A stretch of DNA of 60,619 nt, counting the filler. It is 3 parts of 3 records of this genome, joined end to end, with 100 filler letters (N's around TTAATTAATTAA, not from the genome) between each part and the next. Parts side by side here need not be neighbours in the genome. Positions count along the whole stretch, not along the records: positions 28,613 to 51,645 come from SRR31156797_2152; positions 51,746 to 60,619 come from SRR31156797_2175; 1 more part is not named here. One strand, given 5' to 3'. Of the stretch, positions 47,821-57,609 are shown piece by piece (within the stretch, counting starts at the first letter, position 1; every line of letters begins with the position of its first letter). The notes beneath the pieces were generated by a model that ran no database searches, had not been told where the DNA came from, and was given only the letters and a program-made list of their open reading frames with translations. The position numbers and the translations under genes are program-made.

Positions 47821-48978
47821 ATGTCGCCCCGCTTCGAGCCGAGCCTGCGTGCCCCCGACGCCGAACACAGCGTCGTCTACCGGAACGACCGTGAGTTCTC
47901 GGGTTGGCCCTTCATCGGCGGCCTTTGGAAGACCGCCAATGGCCACTACGTCCTCGGGTTCGACAAGAAGGACTGCGACTACGCCGCCCCCAAGGACGTG
48001 AACCACGACGAAGTGGCGAAAGTCGGGCCGAAATCCGTCGTCATCCGCTCGGAAGATAACTGCCGCACCTGGGATCCGAACAGCCTGCAGGTCCTATTCG
48101 ATCGATCGATCGACGAGGAAGAAAACTTTTCCGGGGCGCCCGAGGACTATTCGGGTGAACCGCGCCTCGATTTCACCGATCGGAACGTCCTCGTCGCGTC
48201 GAGTGCGACGCCCGACTATTGCCGACCCCACAGTCGGGCCTGGATTCGCGTTTCGGCCGACGGCGGCCTTTCCTGGCGCCCGCCCATCCTGGCACCCCAC
48301 GTCGGGCTGGCCGGACTGTCGGGGCACGGATCATCGGTGGTGCGGCCGGACGGCGTCAGCCTTGTTTTCCTGACCTCGATCAGCGCCGACGGCTGGAAAC
48401 GGCGTCCGGTGGTCTATGCCAGCGTCGACAACGGTGCATACTGGACGTTCCTTTCCTTCATCACGCCGAATGCCGACGATGGCGCCGCCGAGAGCAACCG
48501 CGACATGCCGCTTCGGTTCGGCGCCCACCGCTACATGTATCCGCGCCCCGTCATGCTGCCCGACGGCCGCATCCTGTGCGCCATCCGTTGCCAGCGCGAC
48601 CCGACCTCTCTGTTGTGGACCGAGATGTTCGAAAGCGGCGACGGCGGACGCACTTGGCAATTCCTGTCGCGCGTCAACGACTGGGGTGCCCCCGGCGACC
48701 TCGTCTGCATGGGCGACGGCCGCATCGCCTGCGTTTACGGCTATCGCCTTGCCCCGTTCGGCGTGCGCGCCCGCATCAGCGAGGACGACGGCGCAACCTG
48801 GGGCCGCGAGTGGATCCTTCGCGACGATGGCGGCAGCTGGGACCTTGGCTACCCCCGGGTCGTCGAACACGAGCCCGGAAAGCTGCTGGCCGTCTATTAC
48901 ATGAATTGCAAGGACGACCCCATTCAGATGAACGGCGGCGTCCGCCATATCGCTCAAACGGTGTTTACGCCGGACTAG
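47821..48978 (+). CDS. Asp-box (BNR) beta-propeller, sialidase-fold protein, copy 2
   Basis: SEDNCRTW, SADGGLSW, SVDNGAYW, SGDGGRTW, SEDDGATW; GGAGGAGG before ATG 47821; paralog of 31747-32901. Confidence 0.88.
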   Translation: MSPRFEPSLRAPDAEHSVVYRNDREFSGWPFIGGLWKTANGHYVLGFDKKDCDYAAPKDVNHDEVAKVGPKSVVIRSEDNCRTWDPNSLQVLFDRSIDEEENFSGAPEDYSGEPRLDFTDRNVLVASSATPDYCRPHSRAWIRVSADGGLSWRPPILAPHVGLAGLSGHGSSVVRPDGVSLVFLTSISADGWKRRPVVYASVDNGAYWTFLSFITPNADDGAAESNRDMPLRFGAHRYMYPRPVMLPDGRILCAIRCQRDPTSLLWTEMFESGDGGRTWQFLSRVNDWGAPGDLVCMGDGRIACVYGYRLAPFGVRARISEDDGATWGREWILRDDGGSWDLGYPRVVEHEPGKLLAVYYMNCKDDPIQMNGGVRHIAQTVFTPD

Positions 48979-49083
48979 CCCCTAACGCCTTCGACGGTAT
49001 TGCGTCGATAGCACCCAGGGTACAGTTTTCCGGGTAACGCCTTACCCGGCGTTTTGCGGTAAAACGCAGAATGCTTCGCTTGA

Positions 49084-50349
49084 ATGGTGTATGCCATGGC
49101 CGATCTGTCAAACTTTGGCGGGCCAGAAAAACAACGGCCGACGCGGCTGCTGATCATCGCTGTCTCGGCGCTGTTCGTGCAGCAAACGTTCGTCGCCATG
49201 AGCCGCCTGGTGCTGCCGGTCCTGGCGCCGTTGGTCGCGGAGGATCTGGGAATCAACCCGGCGCTGATCGGCGCCTATTCCGGCGTCATGTCGGCGATGG
49301 CGATGATCCTGGCGGTCGGCGCCGGCAGCCTCATCGACCGCTACGGCGCGTGGCGGGTATGCCAGGCCGTCCTGATCATCACGAGCGCCGCGTTCCTGGT
49401 CGCGGTTCCGGGAAATCTCGCTCTATTCGTCCTCATGGCGCTTCTCATCGGACCCGGCCCCGGCGTCTCGACCCCGGCCAGTTCGCACGTACTCGCGCGT
49501 CACTGCCCGCCGAAGCATGCGCCATTCTATTTTTCGATCAAGCAGACGGGCGTGCCGGCCGGCGGCCTCCTGGCCGGTATCATGGCGCCGTTCCTCGCGA
49601 TCCAGTTCGGGTGGCGCGGCGCCTTCGTGGCGATCGCGCTCATGTACGTGGCGCTTTCGCTGTTTTTGCAGCCGTTCCGCGCCAGGTTCGACGACAGCCG
49701 CGACAGAACCAGCCATTCCTTCCTGGCCGACGCCCGGTCAACCATGAAACTGGTTGTCGCCGACGCCAGCCTGCGCGAGATGGTGTTGACCGCTTTCACC
49801 TTCGTCGGACTTCAGGCGTGTTTCGACTCATTCTTCGTCATCTTCCTGGTGAAGGGCCACGGCTTTTCGCTGACCGCCGCCGGCACCGTTTTTGCGATCG
49901 CCCAGGGCACCGCCATCGGCGCCCGCATCCTGTGGGGTTGGGTCGCCGGCCGCTTCTTCTCGGCCCGCCGGGTGCTCGCCGTTTTGGGCCTGGTGATGGC
50001 CGTCGCCTCGACCATCATGGGCCTATCGACGCCCGGATGGTCAGTCCCGGCGCTGGGCACGATCGCGGTGCTCTACGCCGCGACCGCTTTCAGTTGGAAT
50101 GGCGTCCTCCTTGCCGAAGTTGCGCGTCTGTCTCCCGTCGACCGGGTCGGATCCACCACCGGCGGTGTCATCGTCTTTATCATGGGAGCGGCGGCCCTTT
50201 ACCCGATCGTCTTCGCCGCCGTTCTCGCCGTCACGGAAAATTACGGTACCGGATATATCGTCGCCGCAATTCCGGCACTGCTGGTCGGCATCAAGCTTTT
50301 TCGACGGATCGAGACGATGAAACACGGGAAACCGGTTGACGGGCGTTGA
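49084..50349 (+). CDS. MFS transporter
   Basis: About 12 TM segments, GSLIDRYG motif A, FSIKQTGVPAGG. Confidence 0.92.
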   Translation: MVYAMADLSNFGGPEKQRPTRLLIIAVSALFVQQTFVAMSRLVLPVLAPLVAEDLGINPALIGAYSGVMSAMAMILAVGAGSLIDRYGAWRVCQAVLIITSAAFLVAVPGNLALFVLMALLIGPGPGVSTPASSHVLARHCPPKHAPFYFSIKQTGVPAGGLLAGIMAPFLAIQFGWRGAFVAIALMYVALSLFLQPFRARFDDSRDRTSHSFLADARSTMKLVVADASLREMVLTAFTFVGLQACFDSFFVIFLVKGHGFSLTAAGTVFAIAQGTAIGARILWGWVAGRFFSARRVLAVLGLVMAVASTIMGLSTPGWSVPALGTIAVLYAATAFSWNGVLLAEVARLSPVDRVGSTTGGVIVFIMGAAALYPIVFAAVLAVTENYGTGYIVAAIPALLVGIKLFRRIETMKHGKPVDGR

Positions 50350-50665
50350 CGGGCGTTTTCTGCCCCCAGCCTTGCCGGCATCGGACATCGTCGAGGCAAT
50401 CCTCTCCGGCAGGCAACCGGTCAAACTCACGCCCGAAATGCTGAAACGTTTCCGTTCTGTGCCGAAACCCGGGGAGAACCAGCGTCGTTTGCTCGGATTT
50501 GCCGTCTGAAACTCATCGAATTTCCCCAAGGTTCACTATTGTTTGATGGCGGGCGAGATCTTGTGCCAACCCGTCTCCGCGCAAATTTCTCAGACGCCGC
50601 CCTTTAAACACGGGGTAACGCGGCCAATTAAAAGACAGTATGGTTATTCCTCGAATGAGGTGGCG

Positions 50666-51645
50666 ATGAATTCGGAACATCGATCGGCCGGCAACGACCC
50701 AATCAACAAAGACGAACCGTTGAAAGCGGATATCCGCTGGCTGGGGCGACTGCTCGGGGAAACCGTTCAGGCCCAGCAGGGACCGGAGGTGTTCGATCTG
50801 GTCGAGACCATCCGCCGCACCTCCGTTCAGTTCTACAGGGACGACGATCTGGCCGCCCGAAAGGCGCTGGAAAAGATTCTCGGGTCCCTCGACCCGGCGC
50901 AGATCGTCCTGGTGATCCGCGCCTTCAGCTATTTTTCCCACCTGGCCAATATCGCCGAGGACCATCACCATTTCCGGCGCAGCCGTCACCACGAAGTCAG
51001 CGGCACGGCGCCGCGCCCCGGCACCATCGCAAACGCCTTGGATCGGCTTTTCGCCAACGGCTACTCCCCGACCGACATCGTCGCCTTCCTCAACCAAGCC
51101 GAGATCAGTCCCGTTCTTACCGCCCATCCGACGGAAATCCGCCGCCGCAGCATGATGAACCGGGAAATCGCCATCGCCGATCTGATCGCGCGCCGCGAAC
51201 TACCGGGCCTGACCCCGGCGGAACGCCAAGAGATCGACGACCGCATCAGCCGGGCCGTGCTCGTTCTCTGGCAGACCAGCCTGCTGCGCCAGACGCGGCT
51301 GAACGTGTTGGATGAAGTCAAGAACGGCATCAACTATTTCAAGTACACGTTCTTTCGCGAATTGCCGCGCCTCTACGCGCTCATCGAGGACCGATTGGGT
51401 GCCGTCAGCCAAAACCCTTCGGCTCTGCCGCTGGCGTCATTTCTTACGATCGGCAGCTGGATCGGCGGCGACCGGGACGGCAATCCCTTCGTCACGGCGG
51501 ACGTGCTGTCCGAAACCCTGCGCCGGCAAAGCCGGTTGGTGCTGGATCATTATCTGGCGCAAATCCACAAACTCGGCGACGAACTTCCCCTGTCGACGAT
51601 GATCGTCGACGCCACGGACGAACTGCTCGAACTGGCTTCCCGGTC
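50666..51645 (+). CDS. ppc: Phosphoenolpyruvate carboxylase, 5' fragment
   Basis: RAFSYFSHLANIAED, VLTAHPTE, GSWIGGDRDGNPFVT; truncated by the contig break. Confidence 0.96.
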
Positions 51646-51745
51646 NNNNNNNNNNNNNNNNNNNNNNNNNNNNNNNNNNNNNNNNNNNNTTAATTAATTA
51701 ANNNNNNNNNNNNNNNNNNNNNNNNNNNNNNNNNNNNNNNNNNNN
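51646..51745. other. Artificial contig spacer
   Basis: 44 N + TTAATTAATTAA + 44 N. Confidence 0.98.
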
Positions 51746-51928
51746 CCTTGGAAAAAATCCCTCATTTCTGGACAGGCACTAATTATAAACAGATTTTGAC
51801 TTTACTACTGCGTGCGCTTACCGCACATCCAAACGCTCCAGGAATACATTGCCGGATTGACAATCTGATTATTCACACTATATCAACACAATATAGGAAA
51901 ATAAGCCGGTAGTGCTCCTTGTTCGTAT

Positions 51929-51944
51929 TGGCCTGTATTTTGCT
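51929..51944 (+). promoter_or_regulatory. Putative sigma54 promoter TGGCCTGTATTTTGCT
   Basis: GG 51930-31 and GC 51942-43 with consensus spacing, about 30 nt before ATG 51975. Confidence 0.55.
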
Positions 51945-51974
51945 CAACCATGAGAAAACGGGTTTTATGGAGGA

Positions 51975-53591
51975 ATGAAATTGAAAGCTGACAAGATTTT
52001 TCATAACGCTGATATATCGACCCTGTGGGATGAACGCCCCGAAGTTTCAGCCTTGGCGGTTGTCAAAGACCGGCTATTGGCTGTCGGTAATATAAAAGAG
52101 TTTGAGCATCTGTCCGGCCCGGAAACCGAACTTGTTGATTTGGGCGGCCGTTTTGTCCTGCCGGGATTTATAGAATCGCATAATCACGCTTCGGCATATG
52201 CCATGAACACAATGCGGGTGGATTGTTCCTCGCCCGGAAATGCTTCGATAAAAGATGTTCTGGCCGCGATATCGGAAAAAGCAAAGGAGACGCCTCCCGG
52301 GGAATGGATCCAGGGTTTTGGATTTGACGACACCCTGATCGACGATAAAAGGCATCTGACGCGAAAGGACCTGGATGAAGCGGCCCCGGACCATCCGGTG
52401 CAGGTCATGCACATATCGGTTCATTTTTCTTATGTTAATACAAAAGCGTTACAAATAGCCGGTCTGGACGGGAATACGGCGCAACCCGAAGGAGGGGAAA
52501 TCCACTTTGACGAATCCGGGTCGCCTTCGGGATTGATGATAGAGGCCGGGGCCATGGACCTGGTGCGGCGTCATGTGCCTTTATATACGTGCGAACAGAT
52601 GAAAGAGGCGTTAAGGAATTCGTTTGAATATTTCCACCGCGCCGGTATCACATCCATACATGACGCCGGAATAGGATACTTCCAACACGGCCCGCAAGTG
52701 GTCAGGGCTTACCAGGAATTGGCGCGGGAAGATAATTTAAAGCTGCGCGTTTACATGACGATCGTGGAAGATTTGTACCGCGGCCTGGTAGATTTGGGTC
52801 TTCGTTCCGGGTTCGGGTCTGATTTTCTGAAACTGGGTTCGATAAAAACATGGCAGGACGGTTCAATTCAGGGATTGACCGGCGCCTTGAAAGAGCCTTA
52901 TTATTCAAAACCCGATTACCTTGGCGACCTGCTCATTCCCCAGGAAGATCTGGACGGAATGGTGGAAAAATACCATGTTATAGGCCAGCAGATGGCAATC
53001 CATGCCAATGGGGACCGGGCTATTGAATCGGTGATTCTGGCTTTTGAAAAAGCTTTTGAAAAATGCCCGTTAAAAGATCGGCGGCACATGATTATTCATT
53101 GTCAGATGGTCTCGGACGGGCAACTGGGGCGGATGAAGAGGATCGGTCTTATTCCTCATTTTTTTGTTAATCACGTTTATTATTGGGGAGACCGCCATAA
53201 GTCCATATTTATCGGCCCTGAAAGGGCGGCCAGGCTCGATCCGCTTAAATCGGCCTGTAATCTGGGGCTAGATTTTTGCCTGCATTCGGATCTTCCGGTG
53301 ACGCCGGCCAGTCCTGTTTTCAGCATGCACACGGCGGTTAACCGTTTAACAGGCAGCGGCGAGGTGCTGGGGCCGGATCAGCGTATCGGCATCATCGACG
53401 CCCTAAAGGCGTACAGCACTACCGCGGCTTATGTTGGATTCGAGGAAAATGACAAGGGAATGCTGCGGCCCGGGCTTCTGGCGGATTTTGTCGTTTTGTC
53501 GGATAACCTGGTAAAAGTTGATTCGGGTAACATAAAAAATGTTGAGGTTTTGGAAACCTACCTGGGCGGAGACATGGTATACAGACGTTAG
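51975..53591 (+). CDS. Amidohydrolase_3 (YtcJ-like) metal-dependent hydrolase
   Basis: PGFIESHNH, KTWQDGS, IHANGDRA, IIHCQ, HSDLPV, GLLADFVVL. Confidence 0.93.
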   Translation: MKLKADKIFHNADISTLWDERPEVSALAVVKDRLLAVGNIKEFEHLSGPETELVDLGGRFVLPGFIESHNHASAYAMNTMRVDCSSPGNASIKDVLAAISEKAKETPPGEWIQGFGFDDTLIDDKRHLTRKDLDEAAPDHPVQVMHISVHFSYVNTKALQIAGLDGNTAQPEGGEIHFDESGSPSGLMIEAGAMDLVRRHVPLYTCEQMKEALRNSFEYFHRAGITSIHDAGIGYFQHGPQVVRAYQELAREDNLKLRVYMTIVEDLYRGLVDLGLRSGFGSDFLKLGSIKTWQDGSIQGLTGALKEPYYSKPDYLGDLLIPQEDLDGMVEKYHVIGQQMAIHANGDRAIESVILAFEKAFEKCPLKDRRHMIIHCQMVSDGQLGRMKRIGLIPHFFVNHVYYWGDRHKSIFIGPERAARLDPLKSACNLGLDFCLHSDLPVTPASPVFSMHTAVNRLTGSGEVLGPDQRIGIIDALKAYSTTAAYVGFEENDKGMLRPGLLADFVVLSDNLVKVDSGNIKNVEVLETYLGGDMVYRR

Positions 53592-53652
53592 GCGAGACCC
53601 TGTTCGTGCAGTGATATATCGTTCCAATACAATTATTTTGGGATGACTTGTA

Positions 53653-53680
53653 TTGACAACCGTCACAACTCGATTATATT
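53653..53680 (+). promoter_or_regulatory. Sigma70-like promoter TTGACA-N16-TATATT
   Basis: Perfect -35 and near-consensus -10 upstream of the symporter. Confidence 0.5.
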
Positions 53681-53785
53681 GATGGCGTCAGCAGTCCGTC
53701 CGGATGGTTTTTAAATAAATTATCAGGAGTTGCAGCAATTCCGCGGCCGCAGAGGCCGCATTTGTTTGCTTGATGAAAAGCGGTT

Positions 53786-55264
53786 ATGAATCCTACTTCA
53801 ATATATGCCTACGTGCTTGGTTCGTATATCACGATGATGATACTTATCGGCGTTTACCAGATGTGGAAGATTGAAACCGCGGACGACTATCTGATAGCCG
53901 GCCGGCGCGTGGGATTTTGGCAAATATTGGGAACATCCGTGGCCACCTGGTCGGGGTCCGCGGTTTTTATCGGTTTTGTGGGCATGGGTTTCAGCACCGG
54001 CCTGAGCGGTTTTTTCTACTGGGTTCTCCCCGGCTGCGTGTTGACAATAGTATTTGCTCAACTTGTCGGCCGAATGCTCAGGCGGCTCAGGCTTTACACC
54101 ATACCGGACCTGTTCGCTCTTCGTTTCGGGCCCAGGGCCGCCTTTATTCCCGCCATATTCCAGATTTTCATTTACAGCATCCCGACCCTGGCCATTCAGC
54201 TGATTGGTTTGGGAATTGTCTTCAACGTCTTTTTCGGCCTGGATATCAAGTGGGGCATATTCATGTCTTTCGGCCTGATATCCCTTTACACGATCATGGG
54301 AGGCATGCCTTCCACGATTCTTACAGACTGCCTCCAGGCGGCCATAATCGTGATCGGCCATGTAATGATGTTCGTGTTCGCCATAAATTTGGCCGGCGGC
54401 ATGGAAAATATCATCGAAAATACTTCTCCCGAATTGTGGCGCCCGTTCGGCGGGGGCGGCATGTCCGATTTTTTGAGCTTTGCCTTGACGGTCGGTCCAT
54501 TTTATATGGTCTGGCAGACAACCTGGCAAAAGATTTATTCGTCCCGGGACGACAGGGCCGCGGTGTCGGGCACAAGCTGGGGATTTGTGATTGCCTTGAT
54601 TATCGGGTTGATGTCGTTTTTCATCGGGCTGTTCGCCCGGGGCTTTCTGACGCTGGATACGAATCCCGATCTTGTATTTACAACCATAGTTTCCCAACAT
54701 GTAAATCCCTATGCCGGTTCAGTGGTTGTGTTGGCGCTTACGGCGGCCATTATGTCCGGCGCGGATTCATTCACCATGATGGGATCGGCCAGCATAGCAA
54801 GGGATATTTACCAGCAGTATTACAAACCCAAGGCCAGCCGGAGAGAGATGCTCACCATATCAAGGTGCAGCGTTGTTTTCATGTCCGTGGCCGCTGTCAT
54901 TGTGGCCCTGGTCGGAAGAGGCATCATTCCGGTATATATTCTGGTCGTAAAAATTTGCGGCGCCGGGTTGGTTATACCTGTTTTGGCTCTATTGTTTTGG
55001 TCCCGGGCCACCCGGACCGGCGTGCTGGCCGGTATGACGGCCGGCGGTGTTGTGACCATCGGTTGGCATCTGGCCGGAAATCCCTACGTGATTCAGGCGA
55101 TTCCCGGTTACGGGGCCGCATTGCTGGTTACAATTTTAGTCAGCCTGTTTACAAAACACGCTCCGGACGAACAGGTCAAGGCCGCGTTTTTTGAAGAACT
55201 GGACGCGGAACAATATCATCAGCGTTTTAAAATTGAAGACAGGCGGCGCAAGTCAGTAACTTGA
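53786..55264 (+). CDS. Sodium:solute symporter (SSS family)
   Basis: DYLIAGR, YTIPDLFALRF, YTIMGG...TDCLQ, AAIMSGADS. Confidence 0.94.
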   Translation: MNPTSIYAYVLGSYITMMILIGVYQMWKIETADDYLIAGRRVGFWQILGTSVATWSGSAVFIGFVGMGFSTGLSGFFYWVLPGCVLTIVFAQLVGRMLRRLRLYTIPDLFALRFGPRAAFIPAIFQIFIYSIPTLAIQLIGLGIVFNVFFGLDIKWGIFMSFGLISLYTIMGGMPSTILTDCLQAAIIVIGHVMMFVFAINLAGGMENIIENTSPELWRPFGGGGMSDFLSFALTVGPFYMVWQTTWQKIYSSRDDRAAVSGTSWGFVIALIIGLMSFFIGLFARGFLTLDTNPDLVFTTIVSQHVNPYAGSVVVLALTAAIMSGADSFTMMGSASIARDIYQQYYKPKASRREMLTISRCSVVFMSVAAVIVALVGRGIIPVYILVVKICGAGLVIPVLALLFWSRATRTGVLAGMTAGGVVTIGWHLAGNPYVIQAIPGYGAALLVTILVSLFTKHAPDEQVKAAFFEELDAEQYHQRFKIEDRRRKSVT

Positions 55265-55353
55265 ATCGTATATATAAAAGGTGTTATCGGCGCCTAAGCA
55301 ACGGAGGCAAACCGGTCTTGCCCCCGGGGCGCTAAAATGATAATTTCCCGCCT

Positions 55354-56208
55354 ATGAAAAACAAATGGAATAAAATCGGATTAAACTGGCCGAACAGGCC
55401 GCTTAACATAGCTCACAGGGGGGCGCGGTCGCTGGCGCCGGAAAACACCATTGCGGCCGCGCACAAAGCTGTTTTGAACGGGGCCGACATGTGGGAGCTG
55501 GACGTTCAGCTTACGGCCGACTTTGTACCCATTGTCGTACATGACGACACCCTGGAAAGAACCAGCAACGTTTCCAACGTTTCCGAATTCAGTAAAAAAA
55601 AACCATGGCCGGCTCACATGTTTACATTGTCGGAAATCCGGCGCCTGGATTTTGGGACCTGGTTTATTGACGACGATCCGTTCGGCCAGATAGCGGCCGG
55701 CAATGTAGGGGAAGCGGATTTTCCCGAATACACCGGCGCCCGGGCGCCGACGCTCAGGGAAGCCTTGCGGTTCGCCGCAAGCCAGGGGTTGATGGTCAAT
55801 GTTGAAATCAAGGATCTGAGTGGACTGCCGGGCGATTTGAAGGCAGTGGAAAACATTCTTGATGTAGTGGATGAGTCAAGCTATTGGGACCAGGTTATCG
55901 TATCCAGTTTCAACCCCGAATATGTAAAAGCGGTAAAGCATTTCAACCCGGAGGCGTCCGCCGCGGTTCTGGTTGAAGAAAGACCGGAAAACGCTCTTAA
56001 GCTATTGGAAGAAACAGGCGCTTCAGCGTACCATCCGGCGGCCTGGGTTATTGAGCTTGCGGAAATAACTGGTTTAAGGGAAGCCGGATATCTGGTTAAT
56101 GTCTGGACTGTCAATGAAGAAGACCTCATGCGCAGGCTCCTGGACGCCGGGGCAACCGGAATTATTACGGATTTCCCTCAAATGCTCCATCCGCTGCTTA
56201 ACCCCTAA
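55354..56208 (+). CDS. Glycerophosphodiester phosphodiesterase
   Basis: IAHRGA...PENT, ELDV, HDDTLERT, NVEIK, WTVN, GIITDFP. Confidence 0.95.
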   Translation: MKNKWNKIGLNWPNRPLNIAHRGARSLAPENTIAAAHKAVLNGADMWELDVQLTADFVPIVVHDDTLERTSNVSNVSEFSKKKPWPAHMFTLSEIRRLDFGTWFIDDDPFGQIAAGNVGEADFPEYTGARAPTLREALRFAASQGLMVNVEIKDLSGLPGDLKAVENILDVVDESSYWDQVIVSSFNPEYVKAVKHFNPEASAAVLVEERPENALKLLEETGASAYHPAAWVIELAEITGLREAGYLVNVWTVNEEDLMRRLLDAGATGIITDFPQMLHPLLNP

Positions 56209-56368
56209 ATAAATAATTCGTCCCCTGTCTCTTTCAGGAAGGCGTAGAGACTGTGGGGATTACTATTTTAATCCGGAGACATTCTTGGTAGCATATAGTT
56301 AGAAGCTTTTGCCCGGGGGCGACGAGCTTCCGGGAGAGATATTGATAACAAAAAACAGGAGGTACGCC

Positions 56369-57589
56369 ATGACCGCGCATAATCCGGAACAGGCCCTGTA
56401 CGAAGCTAAACGTGAATTCGGCGAGCACGGCGGCGTTTGTCCGTCCATAGCCCGTTCTTCCACTTTCACCGTCATGGAGCCGGGGACTATGCCCGAAATT
56501 TTTTCCGGACTCCGGGGACCCGAGAAAGGCGGGTGTTTTTTATACAGCAGGCATTTCAACCCGACTTTGGACGTGTTGGCCCGCTACCTGGCCGCCATGG
56601 AAGGCACGGAATTCGCCGTGTGCACGGCCAGCGGCATGTCAGCCATTTCCAGCGCGCTTTTACAGATTTGCCGGACCGGGGATCACATTGTTTCCAGTCA
56701 CACCATATACGGCGGCAGCTACGCTCTTCTTCACGACCTTTTCCCATCCATGGGCATAGAAACCACTTTTGTCAATCCGGCCAATACAGCGGCTTTTGAA
56801 GCAGCTATCAAGCCTAATACAAAAGTGTTTTATACCGAGGCCATTGCCAACCCGACTTTGAAAGTCGCCGACATTCCCTCTCTGGCCAAAATTGCCAGGC
56901 CCAAGGGAATAAAACTTATCGTGGACAACACATTCACGCCCATGATTTTCTCTCCGGCCGCTCTGGGAGCGGATGTTGTGGTCAATTCCCTGACCAAATT
57001 CATCAACGGGGCCGCCGATCTGATTGCCGGGGCCATTTGTGCGAGCAGCAGCTTTATCCAGGAGTTGATGGATCTGCACACGGGCCGGGTCATGCTCCTG
57101 GGGCCGACCATGGATCCGCGGGCTGCCTTTGATATTATCCAGAGGCTGCCGCATCTTTCCCTGCGCATGAAGGAGCACAGCGTCCGGGCCATGGCTGCGT
57201 CCAGGCATTTAAAAACCCTGGGCGCGCCGGTAACTTATCCCGGACTGCCCGAATATCCTCAGCACGAGCTGTTTAAACGCTTGTCAAACGACGGTTACGG
57301 CTTTGGCGGTATGTTCACACTGGATTGCGGCACAACATCAAGGGCGGAAAAACTGCTGTCAGCCCTGCAGAACGACGCCCATTTCGGTCTGATTGCCGTA
57401 AGTCTAGGGTATTACGACACGTTGATGTCATGTTCCGGGTCGTCCACTTCCTCGGAAATTCCGCCGGAAGACCAGGCTACAACGGGTTTGACTCCCGGGC
57501 TGGTCAGAATAAGCATCGGTTATACCGGCAGCATGGAAAAACAACTTGAAGCGCTGGAGCAGGGGGTGAGGAAGGCCGGACTGATCTGA
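56369..57589 (+). CDS. Cys/Met metabolism PLP enzyme, methionine gamma-lyase-like
   Basis: YSRHFNPT, SGMSAI, YGG, VDNTF, SLTKFING (PLP lysine), AVSLG; AGGAGG before ATG 56369. Confidence 0.9.
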   Translation: MTAHNPEQALYEAKREFGEHGGVCPSIARSSTFTVMEPGTMPEIFSGLRGPEKGGCFLYSRHFNPTLDVLARYLAAMEGTEFAVCTASGMSAISSALLQICRTGDHIVSSHTIYGGSYALLHDLFPSMGIETTFVNPANTAAFEAAIKPNTKVFYTEAIANPTLKVADIPSLAKIARPKGIKLIVDNTFTPMIFSPAALGADVVVNSLTKFINGAADLIAGAICASSSFIQELMDLHTGRVMLLGPTMDPRAAFDIIQRLPHLSLRMKEHSVRAMAASRHLKTLGAPVTYPGLPEYPQHELFKRLSNDGYGFGGMFTLDCGTTSRAEKLLSALQNDAHFGLIAVSLGYYDTLMSCSGSSTSSEIPPEDQATTGLTPGLVRISIGYTGSMEKQLEALEQGVRKAGLI

Positions 57590-57609
57590 CAATGGTTTGA
57601 AAAGCCCGA

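Noticed and set aside
31747-48978. Canonical sialic acid (nan) utilisation locus
   Set aside because: No NanA/NanE/NanK/NagA genes, the aldolase is HpcH-type, and the propellers lack the RIP motif
56209-56368. SAM riboswitch upstream of the methionine gamma-lyase
   Set aside because: Two hairpins are present but no SAM-I core (ATC..GAG...GCAACC...GTGC) is recognisable
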